Source: the human T2T-CHM13v2.0 reference genome, Homo sapiens
Direction: 5' to 3' (one strand)
DNA length: 64,000 nt
Assembly: GCF_009914755.1 (NCBI RefSeq)
Contig: NC_060934.1
This document shows positions 15,021 through 33,196 of this stretch, piece by piece. A program made the translations under genes and the position numbers. The notes under the pieces are model-generated. The model saw nothing but the letters and a program-made list of their open reading frames with translations. It had not been told where the DNA came from and made no database searches. Position 1 is the first letter of the stretch. Each line of letters begins with the position of its first letter.

Positions 15021-15759
15021 CATACTTTTCTTTTTGATATTATTTTATTTTGTTTTTTGGTGGCGGGGTCTCACTCTGCCACCAGACTGGAGTGCAGCAG
15101 CAAACATAGCTCACTGCAGCCTCACACTCCTGGGCTCAAGTAACTTTTAAAATTTTGGTTAGCTAAAAATGGCTATTCATTGTAAAAAGGTAAAAAAAAT
15201 TATAGGTAAATAAAAATAAAAACTACCTAAAATCCACCAACCAGATAAAACAACTACTAAAAACTTGGTACACATTTTTCAGGTTATTTTAAATACATAC
15301 ATAAATATAATGCTGTATAAGGTTGAACTCTAGTAATTTTTGAATTCTTCTTGTGATGAGATTTAAAATAAATTAAACTAAGATTTGCAGTCTGAACTGC
15401 ACTGGGCAATTGTTGGTACATACTCTGTAACGAATTCAAGTTAAACCATTGGTTGCTGACTGATTATCGGTTGATTGTGTTTTAGAGACCATCTGGCCAA
15501 ATCACCTACTTTTGTTGGGGCTAAAAGGGTTTCTCCTAAAGGAAATAGATGTACCTGCTGTCAGTCATCATAGGGAGTGTTCAATCCTTGGAGCATGAAA
15601 CTTGGAAAGCGAGCTTGGATGAGGTTGAAGGCTTTTCTCTAACGCTAGAAGTACTTTTTAGTAAACTCTGAGGAATGAGATTCAAGGGGCATTTCCAGTG
15701 AAGGAACAGATAAGGGCTGCATGAAGGAGGCTGGGAGCAAACAAGCTCTCCCCCAATCC

Positions 15760-16053
15760 TTTTTTCTTTCAGAGACTGGGTCTCCCTCTGTCTTCCATGC
15801 TGGAGTACAGTGATACAATCATAGCTTACAGGAGCCCCAAACTCCTGGGCTCAAGTCTTCCTCTCACCTCGGCCTCCCAAGTAGCTGGAACCTCAGGCAT
15901 GCACCACCACACCTGGCTAATTTTTTCATTTTTTGTAGAGACAAGTTCTCACTATGTTGCCTAGGCTGGTCTTGAACTCCTGGGCTCAAGTGACTCTCCC
16001 ACCACAGCCTCCCAAAGTACTGAGATTACAGGTGTGAGTCACTGAGGTCAGCC
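15760..16053 (-). mobile_element. AluJ
   Basis: Antisense dimer. Confidence 0.9.
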
Positions 16054-16235
16054 TTGCAAACCAGCCTTGTTAGGGACCAAGGATGTACCTGGGCATGCAG
16101 AGCTGTGGGTGTTTCTGTGGTTGGTGGTGCCCCACACAACATTCCCATGTTGCTTTCACTGATGATGTTGCTTTGGCTCTTGTTTTATGACCTATTATCT
16201 TGTGAAGGAATTTGCAGCTCTTTAATTTAAATCTA

Positions 16236-16550
<315 letters not shown>

Positions 16551-16904
16551 ATCTGTCTTGTTAATGTTTCCTTGTTCTACTAGTGACAAGTAGATCTGAC
16601 ATTTCCTGAGTCTCAAGAGACATTCTATATACTAATTATTTTAACTTAATATCTTTGAAGACAGTAATTAATGCAGTATATTTAAGTTGCTAAGTTTTTT
16701 CTCTGCATATCCTGGACTTTGAAATGACACTGATTATTTGTATCACAAGCTAGTTAGACCAAGAGAAGATGTTTCAAGTTAATGTAAAACAAGTACAGCC
16801 TTCCCATTCTTAAAGTTAGTTTTTTAAAAATTGTTACATAATAGGCTTAAGTAGGAATCTGTTATGTATGTTACCTTTGTTTCTTACAAATTGTTTTTTC
16901 ACAG

Positions 16905-16915
16905 TGTTAAGACAG
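16905..16915 (+). other. Candidate 11-nt microexon TGTTAAGACAG
   Basis: Branch-like CTTAC (16883-16887), TTGTTTTTTCACAG acceptor, CAG|GTAACT donor, in a repeat-free island; splice signals only. Confidence 0.4.
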
Positions 16916-17154
16916 GTAACTTTTCAGTCTTTTTCTAAATATTTTGTGTTCATGGATATGAAATGGGAATATTTTTAGTTTTCATAGTATCAAGATTTGT
17001 ATGAACTTATTATAATGAAATAATAATATACACTAAGATAATTTCTGTTTTATAAATTGTTTTGTACTGATTGAATGAGATTACTCATGTTCATGTACAC
17101 TAATATATAAATATTTGTCTTCTCCTAAGATCCAAGATAACAGGTTGTTTATGC

Positions 17155-17672
<518 letters not shown>

Positions 17673-17992
17673 TAGGCTTGCCTGAATGCTGGAAAGTTTC
17701 TGTGACTAATAGACACAGAGAGAGGATCCCTCACAGATGTTCCGGTCCTAAGTGCTTAGGTCATATATCCCCATTTAATTTCATAACACATGGAATGCTG
17801 GCTCAGGTGATGGGGAGGGGGTTAAGGCTATAAGCCCCACTTTAGCTACTGGAGAGTGCAGGCAGGAGTGGAAGAATGTGTTAGTTTAGCTTTGTCCAAA
17901 TTGAATTGGAAGTTCAGGTGGAGCTATGCTGAAGGGAAATAAAAATTATGGACCAACACTCAGGAACAAGAACAGGGCTGCAGAGAGAAAGG

Positions 17993-18210
17993 AAGCTAAC
18001 AACTTGTTGATTACCTTATGATAGATGCCTTCATTGACTCATTTCATTTAATCCATACCAGTCTCCTGAGGGCAGGGAATAGTATTCTCATTTTTATAGA
18101 TGATGAAAGAAACTGAGATTCAGAAGGTTACGTGACTTACGCGAGGACACTCCCAAACTGCAATTGTCTGGGCCTTAAATTGAACGCCAGCTGGTTTGTT
18201 TCTAAACTTT
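17993..18210 (-). mobile_element. MIR
   Basis: TCATTTAATCC...CATTTTTATAGATGATGAAAGAAACTGAGATTCAGAAGGTTACGTGACTT. Confidence 0.8.
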
Positions 18211-18429
18211 CTATTTTATCTGCAGATGAGGGTTTGAGAAGGGAAGTTAGGCAGAGTGTCACATACTGCAAAGAGATCAGGTGGGATGAAAACTCAGAAA
18301 GGGCTACTTAGATTTGAGGTCTGAAACGAAAATCTTTAGCATTTTGGTTATCAATGCAAGTCCCCCAACTGCAGAGGGCAAAGAAGGAGAAGCAGTAAGT
18401 GAAGACTCGCTTTTGAAAAGGTTGAGTTT

Positions 18430-18770
18430 GGCCGGGCATGGCTCATGCCTGTAATCCCAGCATTTTGGAAGGCCCAGGTGGGAGGATCCCATTAGGCTTA
18501 GGAGTTTGAGACCACCCTGGGCAATATAGTGAGACCGTGGCTATACTAAAATTCCCCCAAAATTAGCCCGGTGGTATGGTGTGTGCCTGTGGTTCCAGCT
18601 ACTTGGCAGGCTGATGCCTTCATTGACTCATTTCATTTAATGAATGAATGAAATGAAAAGAGGATCACCTGAGCCTGGGAGGTCGCAGCTGCAGTGAGCT
18701 ATGATCACACCACTGCACTCCATCCTGAACAACAGAGTCTCGCCCTGTCTCAGAGACAGAGAGAGACTTT
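18430..18770 (+). mobile_element. AluJ carrying a ~45-bp templated insertion at 18615-18659
   Basis: Sense dimer interrupted between GGCTGA and GAGGATCACC. Confidence 0.92.
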
Positions 18771-19009
18771 AAAAAGGAAAAAAGCAATAGAATGATACCT
18801 TGAGGATTAAGAGCTTCCCTTACATAGACACCCATGCAGATTGGTGGGTTGTTTATTCAGACGTGGGCCATTAAAATGTTGCTTCAAGGTTTTGGACTAC
18901 ATTGAACTGATGTCTCTTGATAGATTTTTTCCCATCCCTACATCTGTCGGAACACTTACAAACAAGCAGGGTATTCCAGTCTTGTCAGACTTCTCCTGCC
19001 AAATATGCT

Positions 19010-19062
19010 TAATTATGTAACTGGGTGAGGTGTGCATTGTCTCTTATATAAGAACCGGTTTT
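19010..19062. promoter_or_regulatory. Candidate cis-regulatory motif cluster
   Basis: PAR-bZIP-like ATTATGTAAC (19012-19021), SOX-like CATTGT (19035-19040), TATATAAG (19045-19052), GRHL palindrome AACCGGTT (19053-19060) in unique sequence. Confidence 0.35.
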
Positions 19063-19796
19063 CCTCTCGTTTATCAAGCCGGATTGGGCCACTTACTTCT
19101 GTTCTGCTTGTGTGTGTGTGATCTGTGATGGGGAAGGTGCTGGTAAAAGCATTACTTAACTGACTTTCAGTTTTAGTTTAAGCTTTAGAGCCGATGAGCT
19201 CAAGTTCTTAAAATGCTTAACATGGAGAAAATCAACTCTATTATATTTAAGTGCTTGAAGTGTTTTGCTAATGATCCAAAATAAATGAAATAATGAAATA
19301 TTAAGTTATTGATTCATATGGGTTCACATAAAAGGTTGTGTAAAATATTATTCCATTCCTGCTATAAACTCATTATTGTATCTTTTTATTTTGGAGTTAC
19401 TGTGGAGATAACTTATAAATGACTATAGATTTTTGTTTTCTCCAGTATGACTACAAAAGATTCTTAGTTGATTTATTACTGAACTCCCAAATATTTAACA
19501 GGTAGAGCTAAGAGAGTGAATAATATATTAAACCTGAACCTAATGTAGCTAAAATTCTTTTTAGAATCTGGCAGGTTATAAAGTAATTAACACATTACTG
19601 AGATACTAATCAGTATCTAAGGGAAATGAAATTGTTTCTATCACACGATTTCTCTGAATTGAAATAGATTTTCGAAGTGATTTATGGATTTTTTTTCTGA
19701 AGAATATTCTAGCTACATTTTCAAAACTGCTGGAAATTCTCCCTGAGGATTAGTATAAAAGTACATGTGAATCTATGCTCTTCTTTTATTTAATTG

Positions 19797-19840
19797 AATA
19801 TATATGTTTATATATATATTTGTATTATATATATGTATTT

Positions 19841-19882
<42 letters not shown>

Positions 19883-20163
19883 CAAGCTCTCGCTGTGTCA
19901 GCCAGGCTGGAGTGCAGTGGCGCAATCACAGCTCACTGCAGCTTTGACCACCTGGGCTCAAGCAGTCCTCTCACCTCAGCCTCCCAAGAAACTGGGACTG
20001 CTGGTGTGCACCACCATGCTCAGCTACTTTAAAAAAATGTTTTGTAGAGATATGGGTCTCACTGTGTTGCCCAGGCTGGCCTTGAATTCCTGGGCTCAAG
20101 CAATCCTCCTGCTATGGCCTCCTAAAGTGCTGAGATCACAGGCGTGTGTGACTGCACCTGGCT
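19797..20163 (-). mobile_element. AluJ whose tail has become (TA)n(GA)n (19797-19881)
   Basis: Microsatellite directly abuts the Alu 3' end. Confidence 0.92.
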
Positions 20164-20469
20164 AAGCTGTGTTCTTTTTATTCTTTACCAACATGAGAAC
20201 TCAAGAGTAGACAGACACTCAGACTTCCCCCAAAGTCAACCTTGCACATAGGTGAATTTTACAGCTACAAGATTACAGGACTATCAGCAGTTCTATTTTT
20301 TTTTTCCCCCATTTGGTCATTTATAAGCCAGTAGTGACACCATCCTTTTCCCTGTAAATCTCCTGAAAGAAATCCCAAATATTAGACTATTGCTTTGGGT
20401 TACACACTAAACAGGTAAATGATCTCCTGGACCACTAGAACCCACTACTAAAATATATATTTGGTACCA

Positions 20470-20775
20470 TAATCTCTCTGGTCTGTTTCCTCATCTATAA
20501 AATGGGAATAATAGTAGTATCCACCTAATAGAATTTTTAAAAGTACTTATTTATAGTATGAAATAGAGACAGGGTCTCCTTGTGTTGCCCAGGCTGGTCT
20601 CGAACTCCTGGGCTCAAGCAATCTTTCTACCTTGGCCTCTCAAAGTGCTGGGATTTCAGGTGTAATCACCATGCCCAGCCTACAGCTGTCATGAAGAGTA
20701 AATATTAATACACGTAAAGCCCTTAGAACAGTGCCTACCATAGAGCAGTCCACCAATTAAAGTGACACATTTATT
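20470..20775 (+). mobile_element. MIR interrupted by antisense FLAM_C (20545-20680)
   Basis: CTGTTTCCTCATCTATAAAATGGGAATAATA ... GTAAAGCCCTTAGAACAGTGCCT. Confidence 0.85.
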
Positions 20776-21142
20776 ACCTAAGAGGGAAGAGAGAATAAGC
20801 CATCTTCCATGAAGCTGTCAGCGAAGAGTGGCAGAAAAGTGGAGGCGATTGAAACTGGGTGAATTTGGCAGTTCAGAGTCAGATTTCATGGCACTGGGGC
20901 AAAGGAAGCTGCCCAGGAGGGGTGCACCATGACCAAGATTTATCTGTCTGCTTAGGAGGGCATTTCCCGTGGACATGGTGTCTCCCAGTGTGTGGCCAGG
21001 GGAAGGCAGGGGCAGCCCACATCTGCCTTCAACCTGTTGTCATCTCTGAGCACAAGCCCCAGCCTGGGCAGCCTTTGAAGGATGCTGCTTTCTTCCACTC
21101 CAGACACAGGGTCCGTCTAACATTAAATAGGACGATACATTT

Positions 21143-21437
21143 GTTTTTTTTTTTATTTTGAGACTCTTGCGCTGTCGCCTAGGCTGGAGTGCAATTGCAC
21201 GGTCTCAGCTCACTGCAGTCTCTGCCTTCTGGGTTCAAGCGATTCTCCTGCCTCAACCTCCTGAGTAGCTAGGATTACAGGCATGTGCCACCACACCTGG
21301 CTAATGTTTGTATTTTTAGTAGAGATGGGGTTTCATCATGTTGGCCAGGCTGGTCTTGAACTTCTGACCTCAAATGATCCACCTGCCTCAGCCTCTCAAA
21401 GTGCTGGGATTACAGGCGTGAGCCACCGCACCCGGCC
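21143..21437 (-). mobile_element. AluS
   Basis: Antisense dimer. Confidence 0.94.
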
Positions 21438-22424
21438 AAGGGATGCTACTTCTTTTCCAGGCTCTCATTTCACATATCCAAATGGGGGAAAAAAAAAACA
21501 AAAAAAAAAAAACATGTTGTTTACCTCTTTAAGCCTGTGTAGTCAGATACTTTTCTTAACCAACCTCTTTACTCAAAGAATTGCAATGCCTCCTCCAGGT
21601 GTATATTTAGAAATGTTGCCATGGTCACTGTTTCCAGTTTGGGCGTCTGTCATTTGGCTGTTACAGCCTGCAGGTGAGATGCTTCTCATGGCCACATCAC
21701 ATCATGTCTGGGTGAGCATGGGGGTGGGGAGTGAGGGGCCCAGAAAAGCCTGTTACTGCCGTCAGCACCCTTGCTGATTGCTTTATGATTTTACTTTAAT
21801 TGGGCAGGTCACATGGCCTCCCTGGAGCGACATTCTGCCCTTTATGAAATGAGACTGCTGGCTGAGCCTCTAGAGCACCTTCAAGCTCTGATGTCGTATT
21901 TGATTGATGTGACCCCAATCACTAAGAAGTTGACTTACTCTAGGGCTGCTAACGTATTTCTTACATACCCGTTACAAAAGCAAAACCAGAGACCTTTTCT
22001 ACTCAGTAACAATCTCGAATAGATTGGATCTAGTGACCCCGAAGCCACTGTGACAGTTGATTTCTCCCTGGGCTCCATTCCCTCTGGTCTGACCCCTACT
22101 GTCCCAATTGACTTGAAACAGGCTTTGCTGTTATTTACTTTCTGAAGACTCCCAAACTTTAAGCCAGTTCATCAGAAAACCTCCTGGGCTCCTGAGACTT
22201 CATGGAAGTAAAAGGTTTTAATTCTAGTCTATGCAGGATTGGTCTGAACACGGCGAGACTGTTCAAAATAAGTATTATCTGGGACTCTTCTGTTATTGAC
22301 AATAGCTGATTTAATAAGTGCTCAGTAATACTTTGAATAGGGTCACTTTCCAGATATGATCCTGATAATATTCGCTAGGCATTTGGCAACATTGCTTCAT
22401 GACATTTATAAGCAAATTGCTTAG

Positions 22425-22801
<377 letters not shown>

Positions 22802-23443
22802 CCAATTGTGGTTTTTAAAATGTATTTTAGGAATGACAAAATGACCATCAAGAAAGATTAATGCTGACTCCATTAGTGACTGGAGAAACGCTAGGGCAAA
22901 TATAAATGAGCTCATGGATATGATTCAGAGGCTGGTGTGATTTGCTGCCTGTATATTTCTAGCAGTCAGCTGTTTAAATATCTTGATATTCTGTATCTGG
23001 AAAACATGCACCTGTCATCTTTGGATGACAGGTTTTGTAAGTTATTTTGTAAGCTTTTTGTGTTCAAGAGTGTTCACTGAGTGTTCACCTTTGGATGAAA
23101 GGTTTTGTGAATTATTTTGTAAACTTCTTGTGGGATTTTCTAATATTCTTTGTCTTACCCCAAGAACCTGAATTCATTATATTTACTATATAGATTCAGC
23201 TATTTGAAATGCTTTTTACGATGAAAAGAGAAAATATCTACATACATAAATACATTGCATACTGGGCTTCGTAAATATTTTAGGTGGAAAAGTGTTTCCC
23301 TTCTCTGTGGGAGAAGCCTGCATAGGTTCTCAAGTAAATTTGTTTAAAATGTTCCATTTCTATTTTACCATTGCAGGGTGGGGACCTGGAAGATTTAAGT
23401 AATCTAAATGCATAACCCCCAAATTTCCTTAATATAAGTAATG

Positions 23444-23779
23444 TATTTTATTTGAGGTTCTGGGGTACATGTGCAGGTTTGTTATATGGGTGAACTCATG
23501 TCATGGAGATTTGTTGTACAGATTATTTTGTTGCCCAGGTATTAGGCCGAGTACCCAATAGTTATTTTTTCTGATCCTTTCCCTCCTCCCACTCTCCACC
23601 CTCACATAGGGCTCGGTGTCTTTTGTTACTCTCTTTGTGTCCATGAGTTCTCATAGTTAGCTCCTTATAAGTGAGAAGACGCGGTATTTGGTTTCTGTTC
23701 CTGCGTTAGTTTGCTAAGGATAATGGCCTCCAGCTCCATCCATGTTCCCGCAAAAGACATGATCTCATTATTTTTTATA
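23444..23779 (-). mobile_element. L1 3' end (L1PA13-like)
   Basis: GGGGTACATGTGCAGGTTTGTTA...GGATAATGGCCTCCAGCTCCATCCATGT. Confidence 0.85.
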
Positions 23780-24205
23780 ACATATATTTTTTCAATATCA
23801 AATCATTTAAAGTTAGAAATGGTTCATTTACTAATAACCCAAGCAGTTGCAGAAGTATCTTCTTTGTTCCGGAGATTTTCACCAGGCCCAGGTATATATA
23901 CCAGCCTATTGTTCAGCACAACTTAGAAAGTGTTTTAAAGTTTCATCTTAAAAGACATGGGTATTGGGATGTGCTTATGGTTCACCATAGCATGTATTTC
24001 ATTAAAAGAAAAAAGAACATGGGTATTTAAAGATATTTGGATATTTTTGAGTTTTCAACATTATGACATATTATAGATACATTAAAAAGTATAGGTGATA
24101 GTATTATCAATACCTAATGTACTGATCATCTGATATAAGAAGATTATTGCAACCATAATTGAAGCCCCTTGTGAAACCTACCTCCCACCCTCCTTCCCTC
24201 TCCAG

Positions 24206-24515
24206 TTTTTTTTTTTTTTTTTTTTTTTTGAGATGGAGTCTTGCCCTGTCACCCAGGCTGGAGTGCGATGGCGTGAACTTGGCTCACTGCAACCTCCACC
24301 TCCACCTCCCAGGTTCAAATAATTCTCCTGCCTTAGCCTCTTGAGTAGCTTGGATTACAGGCACCTGCCACCATGCCCGGCTAATTTCTGTATTTTTAGT
24401 AGAGACAGGGTTTCACCATATTGGCCAGGCTGGTCTTGAACTCCTGATCTTGTGATTCGCCCGTCTCAGCCTCCCAAAGTGCTGGGATTACAGGCTTGAG
24501 ACACCGTGCCCAGCC
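24206..24515 (-). mobile_element. AluS (Sg/Sc-like), followed by (TA)n(CA)n 24537-24580
   Basis: Antisense dimer. Confidence 0.93.
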
Positions 24516-24535
24516 CCTCATCTCCAATTTTTATA

Positions 24536-24578
<43 letters not shown>

Positions 24579-24801
24579 TAGCCTTAAAAATTATGCTATC
24601 TTTGGCATGTTTTAATTTTTATGTAAATTGTATCATTAATATATATATCCCTACTTTCAAAGAGTTCAAACCCTTTTATTGCTATTTAGCAATGTATTTT
24701 TTAGATATCCATTTTGGCAGATCTAGCTCTATTTCATTCACTTTCACTGATGGTTGCTATTTATTGGGTGAATAAATCCAAAAATTTTTCAGCCATTCCT
24801 A

Positions 24802-25100
24802 TTTTTTGTTTTGTTTTTGGGATGGAGTCTTCCTGTTTTGCCCAGGCTGGAGTGCAGTGGTACCATCTCGGCTCACTGCAACCTCTGCCTCCTGAGTTCA
24901 AGTGATTCTCCTGCCTCAGCCTTTTGAGTAGCTGGGATTACAAGCAGGCGCCACCATGCCCTGCTAATTTTTGTATTTTTAGTAGAGACAAGGTTTCACC
25001 ATGTTGGCCAGGCTAGGGTCGAACTCCAGACCTCAAGTGATCCGGCTTCCTCGGCCTCCCAAAGTGCTGGAGTTACAGGCGTGTGCCACTGTACCCAACC
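24802..25100 (-). mobile_element. AluS
   Basis: Antisense dimer. Confidence 0.93.
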
Positions 25101-25190
25101 CCTCTCCAGCTTTGATTTTTATATAAATTGTATCATAGTATACATACCCTTTCTTTCAAAACGTTCAAAAACACTTTTATTGTTGTTTAG

Positions 25191-25616
<426 letters not shown>

Positions 25617-26148
25617 TGAGTAAATCAAAACATCTTTCAGCCATTTTTATATTGAATGATTGATTTCAAAATTTTTTTCAGTTTCAAAAATATTGTATTA
25701 AATATTATTTTCCAATTATCCATATGTCCTTAGAAAATAATTTCTTTAGGAATATATATATGTAGCAATAGGATTGCTGGGTTATAGGGTACACCCATCT
25801 TCACTAGATGTGGCCAAATTGTTCTCTAAAGTGATTGTATTAATACCAATTTATAGGCTCCACTAGCAGTGTTCCCTTGCTGATTCTCTCACTAAAATGT
25901 ATCATCAGAATTTTGTATTTTTTCCAATCTGCTGAGTGTGAATGGAATAACTTATTGTTTCAATAGGAATTTCCCTGGTTGTAACTGACGTTGAGCATCT
26001 TTTTATGTATTTACTGGCCATTCAGGTTCCTTATTCTGAGAATTATATCTTTTTTCCTTATTTCTTAGGTTGCTTATGTTGTTAATGGTTTATAGGAGTT
26101 CTTTATAATATTTGGTCATGAATCTTTTTTCTCCCAATCTGTGGCTTA

Positions 26149-26615
<467 letters not shown>

Positions 26616-27658
26616 TCAATTAACAAAACATTCGTTATTTGAACATTTTTCTGTTTTATAAAATTTTTCATACCGTGAGACCGCATAAAGCTATTTTCCA
26701 ATATTTTTCTTAATGTTTTAAATGTTTTGTTTTCTTCATTTAGCTTTTAACCTGCCTGCAGTTGAATTTTGAAAACTGTGTGGGATAGGGACCTCATTTT
26801 ATTTTATTTTTCCAAAAGAACAACCAATTATTGTAGCACAACTTATTGAATGCAAATTTCCTATGCTGGGAATGGGAAAATGTTTGTTAATCCTGTTTGG
26901 GCTTTTCTTCTTGAAACTAAGAGCGTTCAGTTATTGTCATTTCTGAGAAAACTTAAGATATTATTGTCTCTTTGAATTCTTTTTCCCGAATTTTTTTCTA
27001 CTTTCTCTTTCTAAAACTCATATTAGAACTACATTAGACCTTCTAATTCTCGTTTCCACGTTTCTTAACTTCTTTTTCATGGTGTTTTTCACTGATTATC
27101 TTGCCTTCTGTGCAATTTCCTTAGATTTAAGTTAACGCTTATTATTTCTTCAGCTGTGTCTAATATTCTCTTTAACATTTCCATTGAGCATTAGTTTCAA
27201 TAACTACATTTTTCATTTACATAAATTCTATTTTTCTTTTTCAAATCTTTTTCTTTTTAGTCCTTATTAGCCTTTAATAAAATCTTTTAATCCTTTTCTA
27301 TGGGTCATTAGTTTTACAGATATCCGATTTTTCTTTTCTCTTAATTTAAACATACTTAAAAAAAATCTGTGATAATTCTATTACCTGAGTTCTTCCCATC
27401 ATGTGTTGTGTAGATCGATTTGATTAGAGTTTCCTTCTTTGTTTGCAGATTTTGAAAGGGGAACTTAAGCGGGTTTTTTGGGTGGGAATCTTGTACAATC
27501 TCCTGAACAGATTTTAATTTCCTTCTACCAAGGATATTACCAGCTTGGCAGCAATTTTTTTGTTGTTAGGTTTTTGGCTTACATATCTCCAGACAATTGA
27601 ATATAGTAGTTTATGCCTCTTTTATGTGTTTATTTATTTGGGGGACTGGATTAAGAGA

Positions 27659-27795
27659 CTGGCTAATTTTTGTATTTTTGAGATGGGGTTTAGTCATGCT
27701 GCCCAGGCTGCTCTCAAACTCCTGGCCTCAAGTGATCCACCCACCTCGGCCTCCCAAAGTGCTGGGATTACAGGTATGAGCCACTGTACCCAGCC
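27659..27795 (-). mobile_element. Alu left arm (right arm lost)
   Basis: Starts at the A-rich linker; no right arm. Confidence 0.88.
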
Positions 27796-28866
27796 TCTTT
27801 CCCTCTTTTGGATGGCAGTGTTTAGTATACCCTTTGTAGAGGGGAAAAACTTTAGGGCGCCTTTCTTGATTCAGGAGCCTCAGCTGCATCTCCTTTTTCT
27901 CAGAAAGACTCCAGGCCTCAACTGTTACTCATGTGGTCATTAAGATCGTAGCCTTTTGTATGCAAAGACAAATAAAACCCTGTAGCACTGTCTAGCATTA
28001 CCAGCTCATTCTTACCTTTCTGGCTGAAGTTTCTTCATCACTTTTGGCCACTGTAGACCTGTTACCTTACTACATTTTGTTTTATAGCAGGAACGTTTTC
28101 CGGTTTTCCCTGTAAAGGGTTAGGTAACTCCCTCATTGGCAGAAGGGGAAGTCCATTTACTTGATTCTGCAAGCTTGGCTATCAGATAAAAGTCTTGGCT
28201 TAGAAAGAAAATGACTTAAACAGTAATAGAACTAAACAATTACAGAGTAGAATATAAATGTTTACTTTATAAACATATAATATGTTCACTTTAAAATCAG
28301 TATTGTGCTTTTGACTGCATTAAACTGTAATTTCAGGAAAACAACTTACTCTTTACTGAAAATGTTTTTACCCTTTCAACAGGTACTTACTGAATGTCTA
28401 CTGTTTGCACAACAGCATGTGATACGCTTCAGATTTCAGCATGTTAACTACTGACCTATTTCTCTCTCTCAGCCAAAGGATAAACAAACTGATGTTTGAA
28501 TCACAAAAATGATAATCAATGCTGTGTGTGTCTTCCCTGTTAAAAATATGTTCTTAAAACAAAACAAGAAAGAGTGTAAATGGTGCTGGAATTTTGGTAA
28601 TCTTGTCATGAGCATACTACCCATTGAAAGCAATTAGCCCTCTTGTTCTTTTTTTTTTATTATTATACTTTAAGTTTTAGGGTACATGTGCACAACGTGC
28701 AGGTTAGTTACATATGTATACATGTGCCATGCTGGTGTGCTGCACCCATTAACTCGTCATTTAGCATTAGGTATATCTCCTAATGCTATCCCTCCCCCCT
28801 CCCCCCACCCCACAACAGTCTCCAGAGTGTGATATTCCCCTTCCTGTGTCCATGTATTCTCATTGT

Positions 28867-32121
<3,255 letters not shown>

Positions 32122-32184
32122 TATGATGTTAGCTGGTTATTTTGCTCGTTAGTTGATGCAGTTTCTTCCTAGCCTTGATGGTCT

Positions 32185-33196
32185 TTACAATTTGGCATGA
32201 TTTTCAGTGGCTGGTACCAGTTGTTCCTTTCCATGTTTAGTGCTTCCTTCAGGAGCTCTTTTAGGGCAGGCCTGGTGGTGACAAAATCTCTCAGCATTTG
32301 CTTTCTGTAAAGTATTTTATTTCTCCTTCACCTATGAAGCTTAGTTTGGCTGGATATGAAATTCTGGGTTGAAAATTCTTTTCTTTAAGAATGTTGAATA
32401 TTGGCTCCCACTCTCTTCTGGCTTGTAGAGTTTCTGCCGAGAGATCAGCTGTTAGTCTGATGGGCTTCCCTTTGTGGGTAACCCGACCTTTCTCTCTGGC
32501 TGCCCTTATTTTTTCCTTCATTTCAACTTTGGTGAATCTGACAATTATGTGTCTTGGAGTTGCTCTTCTCGAGGAGTATCTTTGTGGTGTTCTCTGTATT
32601 TCCTGAATCTGAATGTTGGCCTGCCTTGCTAGATTGGGGAAGTTCTCCTGGATAATATCCTGCTGAGTGTTTTCCAGCTTGATTCCATTCTCACCATCAC
32701 TTTCAGGTACACCAATCTGACGTTGATTTGGTCTTTTCACATAGTCCCATATTTCTTGGAGGCTTTGTTCATTTCTTTTTATTCTTTTTTCTCTAAACTT
32801 CCCTTCTCACTTCATGTCATTCAGTTCATCTTCCATCACTGATACCCTTTCTTCCAGTTGATTGCATCAGCTCCTGAGGCTTGTGCATTCTTCATGTAGT
32901 TCTCGAGCCTTGGCTTTCAGCTCCATCAGCTCCTTTAAGCACTTGTCTGTATTGATTATTCTAGTTATACATTTGTCTAAAATTTTTTCAAAGTTTTTAA
33001 CTTCTTTGTCTTTGGTTTGAATTTCCTCCTGTAGCTCAGAGTAGTTTGATCGTCTGAAGCCTTCTTCTCCCAACTCATCAAAGTCATTCTCCGTCTAGCT
33101 TTGTTCCATTGCTGGTGAGGAGCTGCATTCCTTTGGAGGAGGAGAGGCACTCTGCTTTTTAGAGTTTCCAGTTTTTCTGCTCTGTTTTTTCCCCAT
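32185..33196 (-). pseudogene. L1 ORF1p, disrupted
   Basis: MGKKQSRKTGNSK start at 33196, early stop at 33095; later fragments IIQENFPNLARQ, RLTADLSAETLQARREW. Confidence 0.97.

Noticed and set aside
15353-15395. GTGATGA...CTGA as a box C/D snoRNA
   Set aside because: Too short (~43 nt) and no terminal stem
28360-28405. CCCTTTCAACAG|GTACTT as a recursive splice site
   Set aside because: Matches a degenerate antisense L2 3' end and the donor is weak
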